Source: Phoronis australis (taxonomy: Eukaryota > Animalia > Phoronida). From it: a stretch of DNA of 64,000 nucleotides. Below are positions 1-13,228 of this stretch, in pieces. The position numbers were made by a program, and so were the translations under genes. The stretch spans positions 39,817-103,816 of the forward strand of contig NMRA01000274.1 in assembly GCA_002633005.1 (NCBI GenBank). The letters are read 5' to 3'. The notes beneath the pieces were generated by a model. The model had not been told where the DNA came from, ran no database searches, and worked only from the letters and a program-made list of their open reading frames with translations. Position 1 is the stretch's first letter; the number at the start of each line of letters is the position of its first letter.

Positions 1-1639
1 TCCCACCCTCCCTCCCTCTCCTAAAAAGTCCTAGATCAGCTCCTGTGTTAGTATTTACACAAAAAATAAAGCAAAATAATGGATGACCCTTAAAAGTTCA
101 TTGTGGATTTGTTCCGTGCCAAACTTAATAAACATGACACATGTTTACCGACGTTTTTTGTGCCGACTGTCTGTGCTTTGGTTTTGGTTTTAAATCGTGG
201 CTTTTGCCATTGTTATGTCTAAAAGATCAAAAGAGCTTTAGAAGAGAAAAATCAGATCAAACCTACCACAGTTACATTGTATGGCTAATTTAGATAACGT
301 AATTTATTTTTTTTAAAGAAATTATTTCTCTTTCTGAAATAGTCAGTAACAACTCATGTGCAAATCTTTCGACAGTATACGTAATAGTCTTCTTGCACGC
401 CATACGTTGGTCATTTCACGTGAGTAAGTTTGAAAACATCTCGGTCCCGATTTGAAACAGCAATTACATTTCAACAGTGTTTAATAATTGGTAGATAAAA
501 AGTTGTCATGTAAACACTGACGTAATTTAGACGCTGAACGAAACTGTGTAGGCCTAGCCACTTTCGACAACATATATCATCATTCCTGTCACAGGCAAGC
601 CATCTCAACAAAGTTGCGCCTGCCAATCAAGTCGTCTGCGTTTCCAAGACTGACAAACTTTCTACTAAACTGTCCAAAATATAAAGCTCCTTATTTGAAT
701 ACTAGCAATGACGTTCATTGATCGCAATGAATTTAATGTAGGTGTGACTATATGTCGACTCCGCCAACGTATTACAGAACACAAAACCTGTGACAGCGCT
801 GTTTTTCCACATGACTCTACCGCCCACCATGACACTGATTTCGATAACGCACGTAGCGACAATGTACCCCCATACTATGCACTTTAGAGAAATCCTACAT
901 ATCCGTGATTCTAAAACGTTTCATTCTCTCTTTGGACTATCTATAGAATTCCATCAAGTTACAACTCTGGCCACGAACCCTGTCGCTTTTCTATTTCTTG
1001 TCCCCTTTTCATTTCGTGACCGTCATTCTAGTGTTTGCTCATTGTGCAGTGTTCACCTTTTAGGTGTGTGGTTTTCACTGGTGATGATCTAAGTAAACTA
1101 ACGAAACGTCTGGACCTTGTATACGATGTATAGTATTGTGAATATGACAGCGTTCGCTAAAGCGCTTGTCGTTAATTTGGCCTGATGAACTATCTACTCA
1201 GTTTTGGAGAACGAAATTTTCATTATAAACTCAGCCCGTTTCACGGCACATTACATACTTCGTCAAAAGATTTGCACAGCACTGTTATTGTCAAGGAGCC
1301 TGTTTATAGGGAACGCTATTCTAAGGTCCTTTTTGTGGAGTGGGGCAATTACTGCGCTAGCGATAACTTCACGGCTCTACACTGGCTATGATTGATATAT
1401 CAGAGACTAACACTGGAGATTTTTCGATTGTTTGGATTCCTGAGTTGAATTCATAAACAGTTATGTCAGTATAATTTTTACCACAGGAAAGAACACTATA
1501 GAAACTGGTCAAACTAGATGCGTATGGGTTTCAGTTCTATGGTACCCATTGTTTAAAAAAGTAATTATTTTTGGTTCCGGGAACTTTTTGAACGACCTGC
1601 GAGTCCCGATGCCAAACAAGAGACCGCGGGAACGCTTAA

Positions 1640-1800
1640 GGCTCCATTTTGCCTTGTTTAGCTGGCTAAAAAACGAAAGTTGAAGTAGACCTTTTACCCT
1701 CATAAAATCGATCTCATAACATTCCTTACCGCGGTGGGATTCGGTTTCCGTCATCAAATAACAAGCGCTCTTTTCAAATTTGCAAGTTTCAGGGCTGTAG
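1640..1800. repeat. Interspersed repeat, diverged copy at ~34410-34585
   Basis: Shared blocks TGTTTAGCTGGCTAAA, CTCATAA..TCCTTAC.GCG..GGATT and TTTTCAAATTTGCAA..T.AGGGCT occur in the same order. Confidence 0.6.
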
Positions 1801-2252
1801 TGTTTCGATGCTCGTTTTAGTAAAAAAAACAGAATCCTGAAACGGTAAGGCACATTATGAGACCGATTTTAGCCAGCTAAATAGGGCAAAATGCAACTTT
1901 AACAATAGACAAGATATTGACACCTGGATTAAGTCTCGATTTGGAAACTGGTTGGGTTCTGTAACGCATCGCCCAGTGCTAATGAATACTCATCAACGTC
2001 AAGAAAGTGCAAAGACAATTAAAAATCTTCCCAAGGTAATAAACAAAGCATGTATTTTAGTTTTTAAAGACTTGGTTCTTTTTCGGTCAGCTGCTTACGA
2101 AACTAAACCAGTCATTTTGTTCCTTATCCAATTAACTACACAATTATGATCATTTGAAGTGGGACATCTTTTATACTTGTCGAGTTCAAATCATGTTGCA
2201 GAAACTCTAGTATTCATGATGACCATGTCAAGTATTTTATGTCAGGAGAGAT

Positions 2253-2409
2253 CAGTGGCGGATTTAGAGGGGGGCCAAGGGGAACATGGCCCCCTAAAAT
2301 TCTTCCAGATTCCATTGGGCAGTACGGGGGTGCGAATGTCTGACGGGCAAAATCCTGGCTAATACTCTGCCCTGGTCCCCCCTAACTCAAAATCCTGGAT
2401 CCGCCCCTG
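2253..2409. mobile_element. MITE with 5-bp TSD
   Basis: TIRs CAGTGGCGGATTTAG / CTGGATCCGCCCCTG; GAGAT duplicated on both sides. A similar terminus is present at 30-45. Confidence 0.8.
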
Positions 2410-2503
2410 GAGATGTCAAGAAAAACCTTTGACATTCATTCGCCGATCACATACAAGATTAGGAACGTTCGTCAAGAATCACTCTTATAGGTGGTGTATA
2501 TCT

Positions 2504-2536
2504 GTGTGTGTGTGTGTGTGTGTGTGCGTGTGCGTG
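2504..2536. repeat. (TG)n microsatellite
   Basis: Directly visible. Confidence 0.9.
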
Positions 2537-3739
2537 TTGTCTAGATATTTTTGTATTTTCTATAACAGTTAACACTAAATTGACTACTACACTTCAACGT
2601 CTATCATTTTGAAACGGATTGTCAAATTTCATTCTGATAGTGTTTTGAAATTTGCTTCTTAGGTCTGCGGTAAAGTAAAGATATTTGGTTGTACTCGTGT
2701 GTTTCACAATTAGGCTCATGGGCCGAATTCAAGATGTCGGGACAGCAATAGATTCATTAGCCTAAGCACGCAAACATAAGGTTGAGAACACGCTCGCTGG
2801 TTCCCTGCGTGCCGCTAGGTGGGGCGGTAGCCGCGCCAGCACGCAGGTATCACTTAAATTTCCTCTGTAAATTTTTTTACACCGGCGTTTCTGATTGGCT
2901 AGTCGATTCGTCAACTGGCAGCGCTTTGCGCAAACAAACTGGCATGGCTGATGGACTGAAGTGTAGAATGTGGTCTGTTGTACAGACAAACCGGTGCTTA
3001 AAATTATGTTCAGGAAATGTGAAGCCTAGAAATCAAGTTGTGATTGAGCCTTTTCGGAATGCATCTTTCTACTGTCGATGACTTTTGTTTACGATAGTGT
3101 CCTTATACAGTATGAATAACACACCGTAATATGTGTTTATTGCGCATGTATGTGCTTCAAGCACGCGGCTATTAAACATCACTGCACAAACGAAATAGTT
3201 GCTGGGACGCCACTTGCATGACAAGGCTGTGGCTAAAATCATTCACAGTCTGCCATTTTTTTCACGTGTTGTAAAGCTAACCAATGACTGCCAAGATTAC
3301 ATCGACCAATGCTAAAGCGCGTGCCACTGCGTGATACCTGCGTGCTGGCTGGGCTAAGCACGCAGGGAACCAGCGAGGAGAACACGGAGCTTGCGCTGGC
3401 TGTGTATGTTTGGCGTAGTTCTCAGGTTGTTGCATTATTAACCATGGGCCAGACTTGTTGTGAAGCTCTGAAAATGTCATTTTAAATGGACATAAATAAA
3501 ATAACTCCACGTGTTGCTTGAAATTCATAGGAGGCGAAGTTGGAAGCCATAGGTCTCCGTCTTTTTCAATGTCATGTGATAGACCCAGACAAGGTGGAAG
3601 CGAGTGGATGACCGAACAAAAGCATTCCGTAAACATTTAAATCCATTAATAAACTACTTGTATCAGAGTAAATTAAAGCACCCACGAAGAAGCCAAGCGG
3701 GGTGCAAAAAACATCTGCAGATGGAACAACGTGTCTTCG

Positions 3740-3931
3740 ATGACGTCCAATGGCGGCGTCCACGCTTGCCACGTGGGGAACAAAGAGAGGATTTTAAGTT
3801 TTACACATTCACTTTATGCTTGCCACGTGGGGGACAAGGAGAGGGTTTGAAGTTTTATACAGTCGCTTTATATACAAATTTACCGTCAAGACGTCAGTAG
3901 CATCATTTCTTTCAAACCACCAACACTTGCG
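3740..3931 (+). promoter_or_regulatory. Probable core promoter and non-coding first exon of the NIDO gene
   Basis: TATATA at 3869 lies ~27 nt upstream of TCAGT (Inr-like, 3894-3898). Donor G|GTAAGT at 3931/3932 fits the acceptor at 4908. Two TGCCACGTGG boxes (3767, 3821) sit in a 54-bp direct duplication. Confidence 0.55.
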
Positions 3932-4913
3932 GTAAGTTTCTGGGATTTAGAAATTAAGAACTTTTATATTGACGTGGATTTAGATATATTGTCAGTAGAG
4001 ATCGTACTTAGATTTTAAAGGTTTTGAAATTAACTCGTTTTAAACTTGATCATGATTTTCTGAAGTTTTTCTAATTTAAAGACCCGCATACATAAGATGC
4101 GTTTGGGCATTATGGATCCTTGGGTTTGCCAAGTAGATTAGATTTTATTGCCCATAGAGAAAAGTTTTATTTCCATGCACTGAAATTAAAGAGGATTGAC
4201 TTACAGTGATTAAAGTGTTATCTAATCCGTTGTATTTTAAGACGATTTCCATACTACATCATATTAACCATGCTGCATTGCATGTAAACGTGTTTTAAGC
4301 TGTTACAAAACTAGTTTGTGCCACCTTAGAGAACTTCATCAAGAATAAAAGCAGATTATGGTTCAGGCGACTTTTTCTGGGTACTCGGATGTAATTATTC
4401 GCCGACCAAATTAAGAGAAATCAATTTTTTAGCGTTTTAGTTGTGCTGAACTTAGTATTTTAATTTTCAGAATTAAGAATGGCTTATTTGAAACACTACA
4501 ACGGGCGTTTTAAAGTAAAACGTTGTTTCGACATTCTAAGTACCGTAGTTGGTGAATTTAGTTCTACGTCCTTTCCTATTACGGTATCTAATCATGGTCC
4601 TCTGTGTTATTTGTTATCTGTTATGTTGTTTCCAAAGACAAATCAATTTTGAGAATTATAGCTTATCTTAAAATTAAAAATTACTTGGGGATTAATATGA
4701 TAAAACATCGTTTGTGCAATCCCTTTTCAGTTAGAAATGTACACGTGGAAGTTTCCACGTGTGTAGCATGGCGACCACGAACCGGCATGAGTCTGAACCA
4801 AGGGTGGTCTACTCACTCAGCGGTGTCTCTGCAGTGAATGACTGCGCGTGATCTTATTTTGAAGATCGCCTTTGTTGTCTATTTTAATTAAAATTTCCTT
4901 TGTTTCAGCGACA

Positions 4914-7900
4914 ATGAAGATCTTTGGTGACATGGGGTGGTTTTTGTTAGCGCTGGTATTTGTTAGTAGATCACACGCAGGTGAGGGTTGCTAAAGAACC
5001 ATTGCCTGGTTGCATGAAACTGTCCCAAATAGTGAATCAACCAAGGTCCCTAAATCTACTGCGTATTTTCGGGCTTGTGAAAACACTGATTGTCCTATCT
5101 TATGCAGTTTGAATATCATTACTACGCCAATTTTTGGCTTTGATACAAATCGAAAGGGAAATCTAGATTGAATTCTAAATATTATTGAAAATAAGTAGGG
5201 ATCTTTTCATGCAACGCACCCAATTTAAAAGTCCCTAAATGTTTTGATTGAATTGAGGGCTCAGTTTAGAAAATGTCATTATTCAAAGAAGAGCTCATAA
5301 CAAAGATTAAATTACAAAAAAAATATTACACCTGTGTCTAAAGAACGAAACAAACACGAAAAAGATTTAGGGACCTTAGATGAGTCCCTATTTGGGACTG
5401 TTTCATGCAACCGGGCACATAGGCCTACCACATTCTTATGACGTTGTCACGCACACACGGCAAGTCAGTCCTATGTCGCCGTGCGATCACAACGATGCTT
5501 TTGACATAAAACTGAAACACATCTTCATATTTATAGCGAAGTATCATCATCCAATGAAGGCGTTATGTATTTTAATCTCAAAAACAAAATTACATTATAT
5601 AAAAGAATTTCCCTTAGTCCGGAAACTGCTTTTTTCCTTCTTCACTATGCAACAAATCTGGAGTACCCTCTTGCATAAAGCCCACACCCGAACAGTTTTT
5701 GTGAAATAAGTCCAAATGGAGTCTTTTCAGGATGTAAACTCGATTTAGCGTCGTGAAAGGAGATTAATACTAAAGTAATTTATTATTTTTTGGATGAAAA
5801 CGGAAAGACGTTGCACGACCACGTTTACCTTAAATAGAATACAATAGAAAATGCAGTTCACCTTTTTACGGAAGACTGACATGTGATTTGTCACTCCGTT
5901 GGAATGTGACGTTTTCGTCTGCGTGTATAATACAAAGGTCGATGTCAGTATTTGCAACTGCTTACTGAAAATGTATAAAACGTATTGAATAGATGTTGTG
6001 CTTTGAATACATGATATAAAACGTATTGAATAGATGTCGTGCTTTGAATACATGATGTCGTTAAGAAATGCACCACATATTATTTGGACAACCGAAACAA
6101 CAAGCACTCCGTGCCTATCTTTAAATCCATGGTAAATTCGACAAAATCTTTTCTTCGCGTCTTGTGACATAGTATCACCTGATATCTATTCAAAGTAAAA
6201 CATTTACAAACTGACCTGTCATCTCGGAATTGACACTTTTATGCCATTTCAGAAAATGATGAGATTCATGACCCCATCGCCTGCCCTTATGAAAAGGCGC
6301 CGAAACTGATTCAATTTGGTGAATGTGTTGGTGACGTTATTCTGGAGAGAGAATCTGTAGAAATGCAGTTGGCTAAACCAGTCAAATTGTATACACGAGA
6401 GTTTTCAACTATGTATGTAAGTAAAACTTCAATATGAATGATTTCATTGGCAGCACTTGATTCACTCGGCCGTCTGAGTGAAGCAGGATTTTGTAAACGC
6501 AATAATCTTGCTTGAAGGGGAAGGCAGTGTGACTTCGTGCTTCGCTTGTAATACATGGCGATAGCTAGCGAATTCCAGCATCTTGAATTTTCGCGAGATT
6601 AGCGTCTTCGCGAAACGCGCAGGCGCCCTCTAAGACAAGTGATTGGTTCTTGAGAACAATTGCCGGCTTATTACAAACAAATTAATTGTCTTAGCCGCTT
6701 GAACAGGGTGAGCCGGCGTAGTGAATCAAATGCACACGTTGCTAATTCATGTGCGCACCCAGCCTTTAATATGGGGGCTCGAATTTCTGGCGACGTGGAC
6801 CTTTTGCTGACAAAAAAGCGGGAGGACTAAAAAAAACGGGGTACCACCTTCACTACTGTGCATCTGCGCTTTTTTAGTGGACTTTTGTCTCATTTTCTCG
6901 GACTTTTTGTTTCTCTGAGGCGGACCTTTTTGCCCACTTCGCCAAATGGGGGGGCTCGTTCAAGCCCCCTGAGCCCCCCCCCCGGGTGCGCGCATGTAAT
7001 TTATTTTCAGGTAATTTCTTGGTCAGTTATTACCTTCATGCTTTTTAGCATCGTCAATTAGACCATAGAATGCCAACTCCGATCTCGCGGCCGCACATAG
7101 GTGAGAGTTGTTTGCATTCGTTTTTTTCCGGTGTATACACATGCTACAGAATTTACTGTCATTAAAACTGTTCACAACTCCGCCGTTTTCAAACGAAATT
7201 GCATAAGAGCCATGTCATAGGAAAGACTTTTGTAAGTTCTTGATGACTACACAAAAAGCAAAAGACAAATAATTCAATTCAAAAGTAGTTATCATTTCGC
7301 TATAGCTGACTGGTTTAAAAAGTTTTTTATTCTAAAAACCAAGAGCGTCATTAAAATGTGTTTAAGAGTAACATAAAAAGGAAATGAACCAGACACTTCG
7401 TATAAATGATTAGTTAAGTCATTAGGGAAATAATTTCAGTGATTCAAACGATTTCTACCCTATTAAGACAAAGGTTTTAGAATATGGATCCTTCACACTT
7501 GCTGTTGATAATTTAGTCAGGCATTAATCCAAAATTATACATCTTTATGCATTATAATTAACTGGACCTTTGGTGCCTTTTGATACAATTACATTCTCCA
7601 GTAAAAATTCAAAATGCAGTGAGTTGACGAAAAATGTGATAAACTTCTCCAAGTACACAATCCAAAATTTGCAGACAAAGGCTAAATGATGAATAAAAAT
7701 GGGCAAACATCTGTCACGTAGCTTTGAATTGTACTGTGGATAGCTCAACACATTGGTTGCTGTGTAGGACTTTCCATAAAAGTTTGGAATTAAACTCTTT
7801 TCTTCAGAAACTAAAAGTTAGTGATCCTGGTACATATTGTGTATGTTACCGTAAACAAGAGACATTCTGGAACATAACAATATTCATAAAAATACACTGT

Positions 7901-10900
7901 TATTTTGAACACCTGTTGTATAGTTGTCACGACGAGAACGAAAAACGGAACAATTGGATCGAAAAGCGGAATATTTGGGTCTAAGACAAAACGTAAGGGG
8001 GAAATGTTCGCTGCAACACACTTTTCATTTGGGACTAGTGTAACTTCTTTCCGTGAACATGACTTTAACACCCAAAAATATCTTGTTGTAAAACTCCTGG
8101 CTTGTAGTATGATAGGTTGTCGAAAGCGGTTCTGCGACTGATGCTGAAAAGATGTCAGAGGTCAAATTACTTCCGGCCTCCACCCAAGGCAAAAGGCGTT
8201 GCTTGTAAACAATGACGACTGTAATTGTCGGTTTTTTTGGCTAATTTTGCCAGAAATCGATAATTGTAGGGAACCGTACCCCAAGTGTCTCACTTGATGA
8301 ATAATTACAACAAAATGAAAATGGAGCAATGAAATTTGGCTTGATTTGATATCTGCAACTCTCGATCAAAACTCAGTCGAGCAGGCAAACTCTAGCTGCT
8401 AATCTCGGAGTCGCAGACTACACAGGTCACGTGCGGGAGTTGGCATTCCAGGGCTAGAGTAAATGATTAGACTGTCTCCGAATATGTAGCTACAGTCATG
8501 AGTTAACGTATGAGATTCAACACGGTCATTTGGTTTCAGATAAGCCAAAATGGTTTTGTGTCATTCGTACAAAACTTCAAGAAGAAACCCCCTCTTTCCC
8601 TCATGGAGATGCGGAAGCGCAGTTCACCTTTCATCGCCCCTTATTGGTGCGACACAAGCCTCAAGCAAGACGGCCAGGTTTACTACAGGCAGGCGACAAC
8701 TGGACCGGAAGTATTCACGATAAGTGAACAAGTGAAGAATAGTCTAGACCTCGAAAAATTCAGTGCCGAACTTGTGGTGGTGATCACATGGTATAACTTG
8801 CCGCCTAAGCCACGCCCACAGACGGGACAGGTGCTTGAAGAGGTAAGGGATTTCTTAATCGAACACTATTCTGAGCTACATTCTTTTAAAAGTTAAAAAC
8901 GTTACTAAAACCGGTTTTGGTATGCTAGCAGATTTATAATAATGAATTTCCCATTTTTCTCTGTAATATGAAATACTGCTCCATAACCCTCGTCTGTCCT
9001 CAAGAGTTTGGAGCAAGTTTAAAATCTAATTACACAGTCTGTGAATAATTGCTCGGGTAAGTGATACTACAACTCATGTGGGGAAAGAGTACACGCGAAC
9101 CACAGGGCCCATCTTATGACACGATGGAAGTCTTTCAAAAAATGGATGCTGATCACGTGAGACCACCTGGCTCTGGCAGGAGGTACTTTTTCTTCGCAGC
9201 TGGTGGCAAAGAGGAACATTGTGCCTTTTGGTTTATTGCTTAAAATGACAGTTTCTATTCAGATCAACAGACTTCGCAACAAATCTTTTTGGCATCAGCA
9301 GGTTTGAACATACCTAAAAGGATACTAAATCAAGTTTAGGTGACTTTACCTCAATTGCTCCGTTAGGGATCATTGTGAATTCAGTACTCACCCGGAAACT
9401 CTCTCACAGTTACCCATTATCTCGCATGAAGTGTCAGGCATGATTGCCGATTGAGTATACTTCAGTGTAAGGAGTTCCTGGACTCGAATCAAAATTTTAA
9501 GTATTGGTGAAGGTTTCCAGAGCTGCACTGTTTTGATTTAATAAGTGTTCAATCGGGGTTTACATCCTTTAATAGTCAAAATTGAGGTTCAATGTTCTTT
9601 AACGGTCAGAAGTAAAGTCTCAAATTATTGATCAACGCTTCAGGAACTGGAAGAACGCGGTGCATCAAATTGTTTTGCTTAGGGCAATGGGTGCTTCCTT
9701 TGTTTTGGCACTCTCCGGGAACTCATTTGCCCAGAAATATATTTTGAACATTGTGACTTTGATTTGTCGTCTCAGTGTCATCTGTTCTCGGGAATTTTCA
9801 GAAACACACAATTAGATCTTAACATCAGTCTTTGGGAAAGTTTTAAAGATATATAACCAGAAATGCCAAATATAGTTCGTTCCTGGTGATGATATTTGTT
9901 ATTATTTAGAAACGTCGACGATGAGTACATATTTTTACATTCATTTGGCTCTTTGGTTGTGAATACCTTATTTCCCTGTGACTTAGTATTGTTGAAATTT
10001 TACAGAGAAACACGTTTCAACTAGTGCTGGCATCTGATGGGCCTAGAATGGTCGGAGTGTTTCTGTATCAAGAACTGCAGTGGCACTCAGCGTTCAGTGG
10101 TGAACCATATCCAGTGGTACGTAAAGAACCGCAAGAACATCATGTCACCGGAAGCCGGGGCGTGGTGGTGGGGGGGAGGTGGCGGGTGGCGTTCCAAGCT
10201 CTAACAAATCGATTGTAATTTTTGGGAGGATTTTTAATTTCATTTACGAAACGCAAGTGATAGCCTTCGGCCAACGGGAATTAACAGCAATCTAGAGATT
10301 ATGGCGATCGTATGAAGAATTTGGTCATGATCGTTTAAGGGCTTGAGGACTAAGTGGAAACTGGTGACGGTCAACCCTGTGAAAAGTATGTCCAAACGAT
10401 GTGACAACAGACTTCACATTATCCAACCTCAAAGTACTAGATTTGCCACTAGGCCCGCTTGAGGTATTCCAACATATTTGACGTTCGCCGGGCTTCGTTG
10501 GTGTCATCACGTTGACCTAGGCCTTGGACAAAATAAAAGATCAACATATAGTGACATAATTATTAACTATTTGCACGAATTTGCCATTACATTTAAAAAG
10601 GGGGTGTTGTGTCTAAACTAAAATGGTTCTGCATGTTTGGAACACGGGCACTTTCACGTTTGCGTTGTTAAAATTGATAGCTAAAAGGAGGTTTTTGTGT
10701 CCTAAACTACAATACAATCATTGCAGCGCTTCCAAAGTGTGCACGTCGTGAGTAGGAATTAACAGGGATATTAAAGGACCACACTCGCGCTTATTTACGA
10801 ACCGTGTGTGCACTTTGGAATCGAAATTCTCTAAGCTAAAAACAGTATAACTAACATATCTGTTTTTCCACGAGCCACTTGCCTGTTTTCTAATAATTAT

Positions 10901-13228
10901 AGTGGGCGATATTCTATTTTACAGGTTGGGTCATATGATGGAACAAACATGGACTACCTACTCGCTCCTCAATCGTTCACCAACAATACTACGGAAATGG
11001 TGAAAATAACCAACGTCTTGTTCAACGAGAACCAAGAAATGCACCCCCATAATGGAGTGTGGCTCCAAGAATTCTACCTTGGTTCTGTTGGATTATTGGA
11101 GAAAGGCAGTATGTTTATTTTCATTATCATTTGTACCCTGACAGGTTTGCGATCTCAATTTCAGTTGTTACAGCAATTCGTGTTCACCATACCCCCAACA
11201 AAATCCGAACTCCATGCTTGCTACAGCATACGTTTCCGTTTCAAGAAATGTAACCAAGCCTAGCCGGCGTAAAAATGGCAGGACACGAAAGTTTCAAGAA
11301 AATAGCACAACAAAATCGCACGTTTTTACTTCAATGCAAAATTTTGACGCCACGAAAGCCAAATACCCAGATAGCATGGTGACGGTGGTCCGACGTCAAG
11401 GCTAAACAATACTCAAAGAATGACAAATAGGTTGACTTATATGCTGTGACTGAAAAAATAATAATATCACAAGTGCCGAATTTACTAGGTAGTGCAAAAC
11501 AGGCGTTTAAATGCATCTCGAACTGAAGGCGACGGACCAACGTCACAAACCCGATCGCGACCTACCCACCTTGAGCCGACGAATGGCGATGTCGACCCGA
11601 CGTAGTGATGCTATCTGGGTAACGATGGATCAAAATCGATCGCTGGTGCACGTCAAATTAATGCCACACTGAATGAACGCCTGTAGTCATGGGTGAAAGT
11701 TGTCAGTTTTAGATCTCTTATGAAATGAACGAAACATCCCCACAGGACCTCACCCAACAACAGGTTTTGTGAAGGCTTCCATTTCTTTGTCTGATCACGA
11801 TGAGCTGCACAGTAAATTTCTGTAAACTGGAAACCGGTCGCGGGTTAACATCGATGCCGGTGTTACCCTGGATTCACTGTCACGGGCCACATGTATTTGA
11901 ATTGAGCATTAGGGCAACGTCGGGCCCCGTATGTTGACACAGGTTCATGCTGCCCTAGCCTGGTCAATCTTCAACATGTCATTGGTTCCCAATGACGTTC
12001 CCGGTCAAAAACCTATCAGGTCTGCCTTCCGTAGACGCGAGCAAAGGTAGTGCACATAATCACGCATTTCGCTTGTTACGCATGGTGGTCGGCGCGAAGG
12101 CGTGTGATCTGGCATATTCGCGATTTTTTTGCTTCTATGGAACTCAGCCCTGATGTTTTAAAGGGGCGGTTGACCCAGCGTATGCAGTCATTCACACATA
12201 CATACAGACGAGCCTTATAAAGACATTGAGCATGGCTATCTCTTGACACAACCGAAATCTAAGAAACTGAATGGCGTTGAATCGCTTGCGAGGTAGCACT
12301 CACCCGGTCGTCAAAACAACTGCCGGGAACCTTCGGGCTGTTGTAACACCCGGCAACGTCCTCACTGAGGAGCCTCCTCTGTCTGAGACACTGTGGCTCT
12401 GACTTTGAGCTCCGGACTCCTGTTTGTGAGACCCGGGTTCGAATACTGGCTTTGCTGGCTGACTATCGAGCATTGCACTTACCGGTACGCCACGTTATGA
12501 AACGGACCATAGTGTGTAACGTTCTGTTGGTGGCAAATCTAATGAACCAGACCTCCCTTCAGCGGCAGGATCAAACTCGAGAAACGATTTTCTGAATTTT
12601 TTGTTATAACTCTAGACAGACAAATGTGCATTATGGTTTCCGCGTATGAGTGCTTAGTCTAAGTTTGTACTTGATAACCCATACGAGTGAAAACTTGAAA
12701 TCTCTAACAACTCCAGATTTTGAGTCAATTCTCAAACTCAATGCTGAAGTCATCAACTGCAAGTTAGGGCTGGTTAGATAGTTACCCACATAAACCATGT
12801 ACTCTAGAACTAGACAACAGTCAGCTATTTTGAGTCCACAAAAAGGGAAGTTAGTGCAAAATTAATTTCGAGTTCGTGGCCAAGATTAGACCTCGTATCC
12901 AGATCTGATGTGTACATGTGAACGCTGTAAAAGACACGGCAAGCTATTTCTACTTGCAGAATACATTCTCAAATGTCTTCAGACGGACCAGTGCTGCACC
13001 AACGAAGGCTTCCTCTATGAGAGATCATACCAGTGCGACAAATACAATGTGCAACGCTACGAAGAAGACCGAGTCTCCAAGTCAAAGAAGAAGATCGACG
13101 ATAGAGAATGTAAACCGGGTTACCATTTCAACATGAACCAGTCTGTCTGTAGATGTGACAGAGTTGCAAAGGCGGGTTGTAGAAAGGACGATGCCAATGA
13201 AAAGGATGTTAAGAAAACCGAACTGTGA
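4914..13228 (+). CDS. Secreted NIDO-domain protein with short Cys-rich/basic C-terminal module (~365 aa, 6 coding exons)
   Basis: Exons 4914-4980, 6253-6416, 8540-8842, 10006-10116, 10925-11108 and 12960-13228 total 1098 nt in one frame, all GT-AG with matching phases. Signal peptide MKIFGDMGWFLLALVFVSRSHA. NIDO motifs TMY-ISQNGFVSF, FIAPYWCDT, GQVYYRQ, VVITWYN, RNTFQLVLASDG, FLYQELQW, NGVW. AATAAA at 13392. Confidence 0.85.
5977..6056. repeat. ~40-bp tandem duplication
   Basis: AAAACGTATTGAATAGATGTYGTGCTTTGAATACATGAT occurs twice. Confidence 0.85.
6748..6996. mobile_element. MITE with 5-bp TSD
   Basis: TIRs CATGTGCGCACCC / GGGTGCGCGCATG; TAATT duplicated on both sides. Confidence 0.8.
7059..8456. 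mobile_element. Possible non-autonomous DNA transposon
   Basis: Inverted termini ...GAATGCCAACTCC (to 7080) and GGAGTTGGCATTC... (from 8436), with TA at both outer edges. Confidence 0.4.
11366..11619. mobile_element. MITE with CCCAGATAGCAT termini and 2-bp (TA) TSD, animal EnSpm-like
   Basis: TA|CCCAGATAGCAT...ATGCTATCTGGG|TA. The superfamily is inferred from the termini. Confidence 0.75.
12342..12477 (+). mobile_element. tRNA-derived repeat (SINE head or solo LTR with tRNA-like cassette)
   Basis: Degenerate A-box TGGCTCTGAC (~12394), B-box GGTTCGAATAC (12436), bounded by TGTAA...TTGCA. Confidence 0.45.

Noticed and set aside
1182-1235. CTGATGA...GAAA hammerhead candidate
   Set aside because: Stems II and III do not pair.
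12321-12395. Hairpins with CTGAGGA as a ribozyme
   Set aside because: No GAAA core or HDV pseudoknot could be built.
12983-13020. Alternative acceptor for the last NIDO exon
   Set aside because: It gives an early stop with the phase-1 donor. The acceptor at 12959/12960 preserves the Cys-rich frame.
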